From Mobula hypostoma (taxonomy: Eukaryota), in assembly GCF_963921235.1 (NCBI RefSeq), contig NC_086108.1, positions 63,490,001 through 63,554,000 on the forward strand: a DNA stretch of 64,000 nucleotides, read 5' to 3'. Positions 40,601 through 52,833 of this stretch are shown piece after piece. The position numbers were made by a program, and so were the translations under genes. How positions within the stretch are numbered: position 1 is the stretch's first letter; each line of letters begins with the position of its first letter. The notes under the pieces are model-generated. The model did not search any database. It saw only the letters and a program-made list of their open reading frames with translations, and was not told the origin of the DNA.

Positions 40601-40834
40601 TCTCAGAGCCGATACATTTAACTTTAGCTTCTATGTTTCAAATTGTAGGGTAAATTTTATCACAAATTCAGCAACCATATTAAGATGGTTCCTTGGGCTT
40701 CTGTTCAGTTGTATTTTGGTTTTTAATGAGTTGAATACCGATATATCTTCCAGCCTTTCCTCACATCCAAGCTTAGATATAGAAGATTGAAACTTTCTAT
40801 TTCATTTGACATGTATTTCTTGTTTGGTCATTAG

Positions 40835-40976
40835 GGCACACAAGTAATTGCAAACCTCTACTCAGTGTTGATGGACAAATCAGAATGGGAAACACCTGAG
40901 GAATTTAATCCTGAACACTTCCTGGACAAAAATGGGAAATTTGTGAGAAAGGAAGCATTTGTCCCTTTCTCTGGAG
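40835..40976 (+). CDS. CYP2-family P450, exon 8
   Basis: cattag acceptor, 142 bp, [47 protein letters not shown], gtaaat donor; not in the ORF track, translated by hand. Confidence 0.95.
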
Positions 40977-42052
40977 GTAAATAGTTTCATTTATGTCACA
41001 GTATATGGCAGAAATTAGTAATTAGTTGAATATTTTAGGAGTGAATGAAAGAAAGAAAGCAGCTTCCTTGCTATTTATTTGGTTCAAGTTACTCGGATTG
41101 TACTGTATATCATGTCCATTTCTGTCGACCTGACAGATTAACCTTTTACATGTGGGTCCTTCAATAGTTTTGATAGAATGGATACTACAATTTGGAGAAT
41201 CTTTTAAAACAATCAAATGAACAGAAGTTCGTAATCTTTATGGGGAAAGTGACTACAAACTTTTAGCTTCTTCATAATGCTATTTTGTACTAATAAATAA
41301 CACAAAAGAAAATCTTCATATTCACCATCATTATTCTGACATTTTTATTTTATCTAGCCAACTATACAGGCAACTTGCATCTCATTTCTGAATATAGTAT
41401 TTATTTTCTAAGATGAGAGCTTGAAAATATTGAGGGAACAGATTATTTTGAAAAAGGATCTAGTGCTTTCCTGGTGTATGTGACAAATAAACTCTTTTTG
41501 GGTTTCCAGGTACAGTTATTGATAATAACTGATATTTCAATGACAGACTCTGCCATCTTCATCAGGGATGATACCTGGGCTTGTCTTGTCCCGTGGTATT
41601 TATGTTGTTTATTAAATAGATTATTTTTGCTAGATCACTTACCAACTTCTTTGGTTTGTTATGATATTATCCAATTGATATAATCCTTCCATGAAGTGTT
41701 CTACATGAATAGTCTTTGGCCTTCTAAGTACCAGATGGTGTTCCAGAAAGTGGAACCATTTCACTTTCCCCAATACCGTGACTGTAATCTGCCTGCTGTG
41801 CTGTTCAAACCACATACCTCCTTCCAATACACTCTGGATATGGTCAGATATGAGCTGCCATTATATATGAAGCATTTGATCATGCTTATTTATCTGTGTT
41901 GTATTAGTTCCTTCAGGATAATGGATACAAATTAGAATGAATGTGTATTAAAAATTAAGTTAAACCAACTTTCAGCACTTGCAGTAAGATACATCCATTT
42001 ATGTTTTTAAATGGTGTTCATAGTGGAAACCAAGCAAATTATTTCTAGGCTC

Positions 42053-42275
42053 ACATCAAAGTTGCTGGTGAACGCAGCAGGCCAGGCAGCATCTCTAGGA
42101 AGAGGTACAGTCGACGTTTCAGGCCGAGACCCTTCGTCCGGACCCTGAGTCCTGACGAAGGGTCTCGGCCTGAAACGTCGACTGTACCTCTTCCTAGAGA
42201 TGCTGCCTGGCCTGCTGCGTTCACCAGCAACTTTGATGTGTGTTGCTTGAATTTCCAGCATCTGCAGAATTCCTG
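42053..42275. mobile_element. PLE-derived fold-back element with hammerheads in both arms
   Basis: Arms 42052-42143 and 42149-42240 are reverse complements with one mismatch; 35-nt unpaired tail; perfect TSD TTATTTCTAGGCTC at 42039-42052 and 42276-42289. Confidence 0.92.
42148..42183 (+). ncRNA. Minimal type I hammerhead ribozyme motif
   Basis: AGTC-CTGACGA-AGGGTCTCGGCCT-GAAAC-GTC-GACT; predicted cleavage after C42179. Confidence 0.82.
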
Positions 42276-42602
42276 TTATTTCTAGGCTCCATTCCTTTCT
42301 AATCTAAGTAATGTATTCTGACGGAATTGCTGATCCAATTGATTCAAATCCAGACTAAGGTCAGCCAATGAAAGAAACTCTTCCCCATTTGTGAAGATAT
42401 TTTCTGAATCTTATTCAGGAACCACTGATTGCAAAGATTATACTTCAGCCCCAAAAATTATGTTATGATTGAGCAGATAAAGAGAAGATTGTGCTGGGTA
42501 TTTATACTCGGGGTGCTTCAATATTTATTCTCGATGCCGGTGAATAGAAAGATTATTTCACATGCCTGTAATTGTATAACGCATATGTCTATTCATTTGC
42601 AG

Positions 42603-42778
42603 GAAAACGCAACTGCATGGGAGAACCACTGGCTAGAATGCAATTGTTCCTTTTCTTCACTTCTTTAATGCAGAAGTTCAAATTTGTTTTTCCCGTGGGT
42701 GTCAAGCCAAGTTTTGATGCTGTAATGCATCTATTATGCAGCCCTCAGCCATACAAGATATGCGCAGTTCCACGCTGA
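42603..42778 (+). CDS. CYP2-family P450, exon 9 (heme Cys, stop)
   Basis: ttgcag acceptor; completes FSGGKRNCMG heme-thiolate motif; ends PQPYKICAVPR-TGA. Confidence 0.96.
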
Positions 42779-42916
42779 ACCAGGAGAGCAGTAGTATCTA
42801 TTGTATGACACAATACCTTGGCTCTTTGGACCAGTTTTCTATCTTTCCTCTTTGCAACTCTGAATCCTCTTCAACTCAAGATCACTAAGAAATCTCCCTT
42901 TTAAAATCAATGTTTC

Positions 42917-42922
42917 AATAAA
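42917..42922 (+). terminator. Candidate polyadenylation signal of the CYP2 gene
   Basis: AATAAA about 140 nt after the stop, followed by TG/T-rich sequence. Confidence 0.6.
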
Positions 42923-44442
42923 TGTGTTATTCTAATGCTTTGTGGAAACACGAGGAAAGGAAGCATTCAATTGTAAAAAAGATCAGAACATTCCCTCGAT
43001 TTAACACTTCTAAAGTAACTAAGTATTTCTTTCTGGGTCAGCTCTTCCTGCTAATCAAGGCTAAGAACAACCATCTAACTTCTCTTTAGTCTCTCCCCCA
43101 CATCTTTCCATCCAACAACTGTTCATTGACAGTATCATCTGAAGGCATAAGTCAGTTTTCACGTAGAAGCCCATGACACATTACAATATCTCTAAATACT
43201 CATATCTTCTGTATGTCCTGATGAAGGATGTTAGTCCATTAACTCTTTATTCCTCTTCATAGATGCTGCCCGGCCTGCTGAGTTCCTTCAGCATTTTCTG
43301 TGTGTTACTCTGGATTTTCAGCATCTGCAGAATCTCTTGTATTTATTTGTTCCTTCACTACTGTATAAGCAGAAATTTCACAATTTCACAAATCAGTCTT
43401 GCTACAAGTTCTTCAGCCAATGCCAATTCCACTTCCTTCTCTAATGCTTGTCTGAATTAGACCATTTTTTAAACCTTCGAATAGATTACTTAGATGTTCC
43501 TAAGCAAAAATACTTACTTCTCCTGTAGGACAATAATATTGAGGCCAACAGAGAAGATTTCAATAACTCACAATTGACCAGAGTCATTACTAGAATCATA
43601 AACTAACTTGAAGCCATTAGAAGCTAAACATCTCTACCCTGATTCTTGCCCAGAACGGAATCAGGGTAATGTTTTGGGTGTAAACATCTTCAAATGCTTA
43701 ATTCTTAATCATCCTTACATGCAAATTCAAATTGCATTTGCATCCTCTGAGATTAGTGTAGTGTGTATGTGCTTGCATAAACTTGGACAGCATTCAGCCT
43801 TGGGCAGGTATGTAGCATGTTATATTCACAATGCACAAACTTGTGGCTATAAAAATCTACAAGAGAAAGTCTCACCGCTGTTCTTTGACTTTCAACAAAA
43901 TCACTACTGTTAAATCCCCAATTATCAAGATACTTGGAAATACAGATTGGATTGGTTAAAACTTAACTGGATTGGTTAACTAAATACTGTGGTTACAAGA
44001 ATAGATGAAAGGCAGGTTATGTTATGATGCATGACTCCCATTTTGGTTCCCTCAAGACACAACTCAGGGGAGCGATAGCAGGCAAAATTAGTTCACCTCC
44101 TCCATCATTAAGACATTTAAAACCATCCCATATATGCAACTCATTTGCTTGTCACCACATCCCCCACTCTTGTACATTTATTCTCTCCACTATCAGCAAA
44201 TACATCTTGACTATAATGTACATCATTACAAAATCATTATTCTGACTTACAAGGCTTGTTTGTTAACACTTACCATATCCCTAGCTGCTATCTACCTCAA
44301 AGGAGAAAATTAGAGATTTTATAAGAATATCAACACCAAGTAGCTTCCCATCAAGTTTCATGTCATTCTGATTCAGAAAGTTTTTTTTATGTTCCCTGGT
44401 TCGTCAAAATTCTGAACTCCCTACCTGACAGTACAGTTGCTA

Positions 44443-46033
44443 AACACAAGAAATTCTGCAGATGTGGAAAATCCAAAGCAACGTACACAATGCTGGGAGG
44501 AACTCAGTAGGTCGGGCAGCATCAATGGAAATGAACAAACAATCAACATTTTGGGCTGAGACTCTTCTTCAGGACTGGAAAGGAATGAGGAAGATATTGG
44601 TTGGGGCAGTTTGTTTCTAGAGGTTGAGACAGAAATTGAGAAAGGACAAGGAGATATCAGAAATATATCAGGTGAATTTAAGAGTAGGGTGGAAGCTGAA
44701 GACGAAGTTGGTGAACTTGACGAGCTCAGCACGGGCACATGAAGCAGCCCAAAGCAGGTATCAATGTAGTGGAGGAAGAGTTGGGGAATGTTACCAGGGA
44801 AGGCATGGAACATTGACTGTTCTACATAGCCAATTAAAAAGCAGGCAAAGCTGGGGCCCATGTGGGTGCCCATGGTCACGCCACAAGTCTAGAGAAAATG
44901 GAAGGAGCTGAAGGAGAAATTGTTGAAGGCGAAGACAGTTCTGCCTGATGAAGGAGGGTGGTGATAGAGCGAAACTAGTTGGTCCTTTTATTGACAAAGA
45001 AGCAGAAAGTTTTAAGGCCTTCTTGTTGGGGAATAGAAGTGTATAGGGACTGGACAACCATGGTGAAAATAAGGTGGTCAGGGCAAGAGAATTGAAAGTT
45101 ATTGAGGAGAGCGGGAGCATGAGTAATGTCATGGATGTTGGTGGGAAGGGACTGAACCAAGGAGGATAGAATGGTGTTGAGGTATGAGGACATAAGTTCA
45201 GTGGGGCAGGAGCTTGATGAGATCTGTGATGGTCTTGCAGACAGTTTTCTGATGGTTCTGAGTGGAGTCCTCTTCAAGGGGTAGGCATGAGGAGGTGGCT
45301 GAGGATTTTTGCCAGGCTTCATCAAGATAGAGTTCAGTGTGCCACACTGCAGTGTAACCCCTTTCACTGCAGGTTTGATGGCAAGATTAGGACTGGTGTA
45401 TAGAGAGTGGAGAACAGTGTATTCAGAGGGAGTAAGTTTTGAGGAGGAGAGAGGAGTGCTGAGGTTGAGCCGGCTGATATCTTATTGGCAATTAGAGACT
45501 AAAAGATGCAGTGAAGGCAGGGAACCAATGTGGGGAATCCAAGAAGAGGAGGAGCATCGGAGATGGGAGAAGGGATCATCAGTGCGGGGTGGGAAATTCT
45601 TGCCGATAAAGTGGGCTTGGAGATGGAGGTGATGGAAAAACAGCTTGGTGTTGGTGTGAGCAAAGGGGGACAAAGTCAAGGCCTTTGCTGAGGTCATCTC
45701 AGAGAAGGAAATGGTGAAGGCACAGCAGAGATTAGATCTGGCATGAGAATTGGAGGTGTCATTGGAGAAGGGAATTTTGTGTTCAGGGAAGGTAGGGTGG
45801 GACGAAGATGGTGGCTCCGAGGACCCAAGAAGTGACCTTGGATCCTGAGGGACCTGGAATTGGAGGGTGGTGGTGGTGGTGGGGGAAGGGGAGACGGGAG
45901 GCCCAGCAGCAGCGAGGTAGGTTGAGGCTGGAGCAAGATCTAAACACTGCACGTTTTGCAGTCTGATAGCGTCTAGGGTCACAGGAACCAGCATTGGTGA
46001 TGAGAGAATCTGAGGTCTGGATCCCCTTCGATC
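44443..46033 (-). mobile_element. PLE with internal deletions
   Basis: MGTHMGPSFACFLIGYVEQ..HYID and V.SLYTSIP RT motifs; pLTR at left; degenerate TSD CAGTACAGTTGCTA (44429-44442) / CAGTACAATCGGTA (46034-46047). Confidence 0.78.
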
Positions 46034-47539
46034 CAGTACAATCGGTATATTTTTATCACAATTCAATTATGGGTTATGGTTCAAAATCATGCATTACCAT
46101 CACTTTCTCAAACGTCTCTCTGGGGTAAGTATGATATACTGGACCTGCTGTCAATACCCATATCCCATAACTGAATTTTAAAGAAGAATGGCTTCATCAC
46201 TTGCATATTTATCCGCTTTACTTAATGCTGTCCTGCCCCTTCTTTCACCAACTCCAATATGCAATGTGTTGCCATGTGCATCTTGTCTACTTGAGCACTC
46301 AGTCATTGTGATTCAGTCCCAATGATCCACATCAGCTCATGGCATATTGAATAAATAGCCTTAAATCTTCTTGCGCTTTCCCCCTGCCCTGTTCCTGCAT
46401 CCCACTCCACCTGTCTGCCCTTTCCATCCTCTGTTTCTTTAGTTCCCACATTTTATACATCCAGTCCACTCTTGGTATTAGCCATCCAGGCCCAAATATG
46501 TGGAATTTTCTTTCTTAATGCCTACAATTCCTTCGCCAATCTGTTATAAAAATAAATATTGCTGTTCCTCTGTTCTGAGAATTCTTTGGGCACTCGCAAT
46601 CTCTCCTGCAAGAGCATCATATTTTTGATAACAGTCAGTGAAGCAATTCCAGACACTTAACTGGAAACAAATATTATAAGTTTCAGCATATCACCCTTAT
46701 TATGTTATAACATTTAACTAGTCACATGAAGGATCTTTTTTAATTGTTGTGAGTAGATTTTAAAATGTAGCATTCCTAACATAAGGACTACAGTAGAAAC
46801 TTTGAATTTGGGTATGGAAATCATGTTTAATGTATAAGCATACAATTTCTGAGGAGAGCATACATTATTTTCCAAGTATTCACTTCAGTATGCAATGAAT
46901 CCCATGTCTGGCTTCCAGCTGCAATGTGGAATCTGGTTTTGAAAATCCTGACATTTAAAATGTAGCTGATATTGTGTTCTGAAGAATTTATGTTAACAGT
47001 AAGTGCCAATAGAACAGAATACAGCTTATTTTAGATGAATCTTTTTGTCTACATGTTAAATGAGAACAAAAGCAAAGCTAATTCCTGCGCATAGGGTAGC
47101 TATCTATAGAATGGGAAAACATTACTATAAAGAATCAACCATCATAACTGCAGTGTTTCCCATTGCTGTGTGAAAATTGGACAACAGCTTTTGAGCACGA
47201 TATTTGACAATTAAATGCATAAATCAAAAAAATTATGTGTAAGCTCTTCTCAAAACTTGAATCTAGTTCTTCACATACTGTATATTGAATCATGTGAAGT
47301 CGTAGATATTGCCTTGCAGATTGAACGTATTAGTATATTTGGGCCTTCTGTAAGTACCCATATAATATTATTATGAGGTGTCATTTATAAAAGTGAAATA
47401 ATCTCTCTAGCAATGAAAATCAAATTTTTCAGGTTTTAACAATTGTGTGTGATTAAAAAACATCAAAGAAGCAAAAGCCTCAAATTTACATCTTATCAGT
47501 TAATTTTAAATAACTTGTTCTTTCTTTACCACTCTTCAA

Positions 47540-49660
47540 GGGCAAGAGGTAGAAGAAAGGAAACTATAGGCCAGTTAGTCTGACCTCGTTGATGGAGTCA
47601 ATTATTAAGGACGGGGTTTCAGGGTACTTGGAAGCACATCATAAAATAAGCCATAGTCAGCATGGTTTCCTCAAGGGGTAATCTTGCCTGACAAATCTGT
47701 TGGAATTCTTTAAAGAAATAACAAGCAGGAACATCGGTTGATTTTGTATCCTTGAATTTTCAGAAGGCCTTTGACAAGGTGCCACACATGAGGCTGCTTA
47801 ACAGGGAAAGATTCTAGCATGGATAAAGCAGTAGCTGATTGACAGGAGGCAAAGAGCGGAAATAAAGGGAGTCTTTTCTGGCTGACTGCCAGTGACTGGT
47901 GGTGCTCCACAGGGGTCTGTACTGGGACTGATTCATTTATTTTGTATGTCAGTGATTTGGATGATGGAATTGATGACTTTGCTGCAAAGTTTGTAGACGA
48001 TATGAAGGTAGAGTGCCCATAAAAACTATTGCCCCTCCCCCTGGAAGTTTTCATGTCTTATTGTTTTACAACATTGAATCAGTGGATTTAATTTGGCTTT
48101 TTAGACACTGATCAACAGAAAAGATTCTTTTGTGTCAAAATGAAAACAAATTTCTGCAAATTGGTCTAATTATTAAACCCACACTAATTGATTGTATAAT
48201 TACTCAACCCCTTCAAGTCAGTATTTAGTAGATGCACCTTTGGCAGCAATTGCAGCTTTGAGTTTGTGTGGATAGGTTTCTATCTGGACACGTAATTTTT
48301 CCCCATTCTTTACAAAACTGCTCAAGTTCTGTCAGATTGCTTAGGGATCGTGAGTGAACAGCCATTTTCAAGTCCATCCACAAGTTGTCAATTGGATTGA
48401 GGTATGGACTCTGACTTGGCCACTCCAGGACATTAACTTTGTTGTTTTTAAGCAATTCCTGTGTAGCTGTGGCTTTATACTTGGGGTCATTGTCTTGCTG
48501 GAAAACAAATCTCCTCCCAAGTCTCAGTTCGCTTGCAGATTGCATCATGTTTTCCTCCTGATTTCCAGGTATTTTGCTGCATTAATGTTACCCTCTGGTT
48601 TCACAAGTCTTCCTGAGCCTGCTGCTGTGAAGCATCGCCACAGCATGATGCAGCCACCACCTTCCTTCACGGTAGAGATGGTGCATCCTTCTGCAGACTC
48701 ATGCTTCCTCAGAACTACTTGTCCCTCCCCCTATGTTTGTATCATCTGAAAAGATGGCCACACATCATCAATTCTGTCATCCAGATTGTTGACATATAAT
48801 ATGAAAAGTAGCGACCCAACACCAACGACTACAGAAGTCTTCATCAGCAGGCAAACAGAAACGTTCCCTTTATTTACACTCTTTGCATTCTGCCAGGCAG
48901 CCAATTTTGTGTCCATGGTAGTATCTTTGCTGTAGAGAATGGGCAAAGAAATGGCAGATGGAAGACACTGTAAGGTAATGTCTGGCCATGCATTTTGATA
49001 GAAAGAATAAAAGCAGAGGTAATTATCTGAATGGGCAGCGTATTCTGAAATCAGAGGTGCAAAGGGACTTGAGAGACCCAGTACAGGATTACCTAAAGGT
49101 TAACTTGACTTGCAGGTTGAGTCAGTAGTAAGGAAGGCAAATATAATGTTATCATTCACTTCAAGAGGACTAGAATATAAAAACAATGATGTAATGCTGA
49201 GGCTTTATAAGGCATTGGTCAAACCACATATGGAGTATTGTGAGCATGTTTGGGCCCCATTTCTAATACTGGCACTGGAGAGGGTCCAGAGGAGGTTTAT
49301 GAAAACTATCATAGGAATGAAAGGGTTAATGTATGAGACGTATTTAATAGCTGTTGGCCCGTATTCACTGGATTTCAGAAGAATGAGGGGAATCTCTTTT
49401 AAACCTACTGAATACTGAAAGGCCTAAATAGAGTAATGGGAGAGCCGAGGACTGGAAGACACAACATCAGAATATGAGGACATAACTTTACAACAGAGGT
49501 GAGGAGGAATTTCTTTAGCCTGAAGGTTGTGAATCTGTAGAATTTATTGCCACGGACAGCTGTACAGGCCAAGTCATTGAGTATATTTATAATCGCAAGT
49601 CAATAGGTCCTTGATTATTTGGGGGTTTCAAAAGTAATGGGAAGAAGTGAAGAATGGGTT
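47540..49660. mobile_element. Mosaic of CR1 fragments in both orientations
   Basis: NYRPVSLT/KAFDKV piece (+), inverted piece 48683-48932, + piece 48933-49660 that continues at 51859. Confidence 0.7.
48011..48682 (-). mobile_element. Tc1 transposon 3' fragment
   Basis: FQQDNDPKY...LEWPSQSPYLNPIDNLW (degenerate DD34E region); TA then AGTGCCC..AAAACTATT TIR-like end. Confidence 0.85.
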
Positions 49661-49673
49661 GACAGGGAAAATA

Positions 49674-51845
49674 GTACTCGACAAGGCTGTCCTCTTAGTC
49701 CCCTATTATTTGATATTGCATTAGAACCTCTTGCAATTGCTATTCGAGAATCTTCAAATATTACTGGGATAACTCGGGGATTAAAGTCCCATAAATTATC
49801 ACGCTATGCTGATGATTTACTTTTATATATTTCTAATCCTGAGAGATCTATTCCTGCTGTTTTAGAGTTATTAGCACAATTTGGTCTTTTCTCAGGTTAT
49901 AAATTAAATCTTAGTAAGAGTGAACTTTTTCCGATTAATAAACATCTTCCCTTATATTATAAATTTCCATTTAAATTGATTAATAATTACCTTTCATATC
50001 TTGGGATTAAAATTACTTGTAAACATAAAGATTTATTTAAGACTAACTTTTTACTATTAATAGACCATATTACTCAACTTTCATCTAAATGGTTTCCTTT
50101 ATATTTAACTTTGATTGGTCGTATTAATGCAGTTAAGATTTTTTTTTGCCAAAATTTTTATATGTGTTTCAGGCATTACCAATTTTCGTTCCTAAATCTT
50201 TTTTTGATAAAGTCGACTCTAAAATTTCTTCATTTATTTGGCAGAATAAGAATCCGAGACTGGGTAAAATACATTTACAGAAAGCTAAGAGAGATGGAGG
50301 TTTAGCATTACCTAACTTTAGATTTTATTATTGGGCTATTAATATTCGACATATGAAATTTTGGTTACTTGACCGGGATATACTATCTATTCCTAAATGG
50401 GTAGCATTGGAATTACAATCTGTTCAGGGTTATACACTTGGTTCTATTTTAGGTTCATCTCTTCCTTTTGATTCGAAACGCCTTAAGCAGGTCTCTAACC
50501 CGATCGTTAAATATGCTTTGCGTATTTGGTTTCAATTCAGAAAATTTTTTGATCTTAATCAATTCGGGTTAGCGATTCCTATTTTAGGTAACATATTTTT
50601 TCCTCCCTCTTTTACGGATCGCGCTTTTCAAACTTGGAAGACTAAGGGTATTTTACGGTTTTTGGATTTATTTTTAGATGGTTCCCTTATGTCTTTTGAA
50701 CAATTATCTAATAAATATAACCTATCAAGAATACATTTTTTTAGATATTTACAAGTTAGAAATTTTCTAAGTACTATACTTCCTTCCTTTCCAATGCTTC
50801 CTCCTATATATATTTTAGATTCGATAATTAACCTTAATCCATGTCAGAAAGGTGCATCGGCTATGATTTATAATATTATTATGAAACTCAGGAAAGCTCC
50901 ATTTGATAAGATTAGGGTAGATTGGGAACAGGAATTGGGGCTTACCATTTCTGTGGATGATTGGGGGCAGATTTTACAATTAGTTAATACTTCCTCTATT
51001 TGTGCTAAACATTCCCTAATTCAATTTAAAGTGGTGCATAGAGCACATATGTCCAAAGATAAGTTAGCGCGTTTTTACTCGCATATTAATCCTTTCTGTG
51101 ATAGATGTTCGGGGCAGATAGCCTCTTTAACTCATATGTTTTGGTCTTGCCCTACTTTGGAAACTTTTTGGAGAGATATTTTCAATATTATTTCTAAGGT
51201 ATTAAATATAGATATCTCTCCTCACCCTATTACTGCTATCTTTGGACTACCTAAAATTTCTAGTAATCTTTCCCCTTCAGCCCGTAGAATGATTGCATTT
51301 CTTACTTTAATGGCGAAAAGATGTATTTTACAACATTGGAAAGAGCTTAATGCTCCAACTACCTTTTTTTGGTTTTCTCAGACGATTTTATGTTTGAATC
51401 TGGAGAAAATTAGAAGTAACCTTTATGATTCTTCATTTAAATTTGAACAGATTTGGGGACCTTTTATTCGATATTTTCATTTAATGTAATATTTACCCTT
51501 CTTGTTTTTTTTCACTGTTTTAATGGAGGTCGGGATTGAGGACGTGATTTTAAGTTTAACTCTGTTTGGTTTCAAGTTAGCCCATTGCTTTGCTTTGCTT
51601 TTAGTTAGTTGCACGGTGGGTTTTTTTTTGGGGTTTTTTTTTTCTTTTTTTCCATTGATATATATAAAATCTAGTATACTATTATGTTATTTTGGTTTCT
51701 TATGCTTAAATTACATTGTTTGTAGTATTTTCTTTTTGGTATTGTTATCTTTTGGAATTTTATTATACTTTAACATTGTATTAATGTTTATATGGCTTAC
51801 CTTTTTTGTATACTTACTCAATAAAAAGATTTAAAAAGAAAGAAA
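49674..51845 (+). mobile_element. L1-clade LINE, 5'-truncated second copy
   Basis: TRQGCPLSP, YADD, CDRC..HMFWSC; one frameshift in the T-run near 50140; (GAAA) tail; TSD GACAGGGAAAATA at 49661-49673 and 51846-51858. Confidence 0.93.
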
Positions 51846-52833
51846 GACAGGGAAAATAATCCAGCCATAACTGAATGGCAAAGCAGACTTGATGGCCAAA
51901 TGGCCTAAATCTGCTCCTGTATCTTGTGGTTTTATGGTCAATTAGAATAATTCAAAAACACAATTAAAAGAAATCTAGATTAGATTAACTGAATTAAAAC
52001 TGGTGGTTTAGTAGACACTGAAGCGGGTGGTCTAAGATTACAGTGGGATCCAGGCCAACCTAATGAAGTGGGCCTAAGAATGGCAGATGGAATTTAACTT
52101 GGACAAGTGTGAGGTGTTGTACTTCGGTAAGTTAAACCAGTGCAGGATTTGCACAGTAGGTGCCATGGCTCTGAGGAGTATTGTAGAATGAAGAGACAAA
52201 GGGATACAAGTTCATAGATTCTGATCATAACATGCTAATGAATCTGATCTGTTCATTGCAATTATTTTCATTGACGTGGATCTTGCAAGGACACAGAATG
52301 ACAGGGAAGCTGCAGAACTTAGTCATGGAAACATTGTTCATTCAATATTTAAAAAAATTTTTTGAGGATGTGACTAAACCCATTGATGGAGTTAGAGCAG
52401 TAGATGTAGTGTATATGGATTTCAGCAAGACATTTCATAAGGTACACTGTGCAAGGCTGATTGAGAAAGTAAGGAGGCATGGGATCCAAGGGGATATTGC
52501 TTTGTGGATCCAGAATTGGCTTACCACAGAGTGGTTGTACACGGGTCATATTCTGTTTGGAGGTTGGTGCCTCAAGGATCAGTTCTGGAACCCCTACTCT
52601 TCGTAATTTTTATAAATGACCTGGATGAGGAAGCGGATGGATGGGTAAGTAAATTTGCTGATGACACAAAGGTTGTGGGTGTTGTGGGTAGTGTGGAGGG
52701 CTGTCACAGGTTACAGCGGGACAATGATAGGATGCAAAACTGGGCTGAGAAGTGGCAGATGGAGTTCAACCCAGATAAGTGTGAGGTGGTTCATTTTGGT
52801 AGGACAAATATGACAGCAGAATATAGTATTAAT

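Noticed and set aside
42007..42261. ORFs starting MLEIQAT... here, at 60062-60451 and within 13189-13596 as a small protein family
   Set aside because: They are antisense readings of the PLE pLTR and run into unrelated flanks
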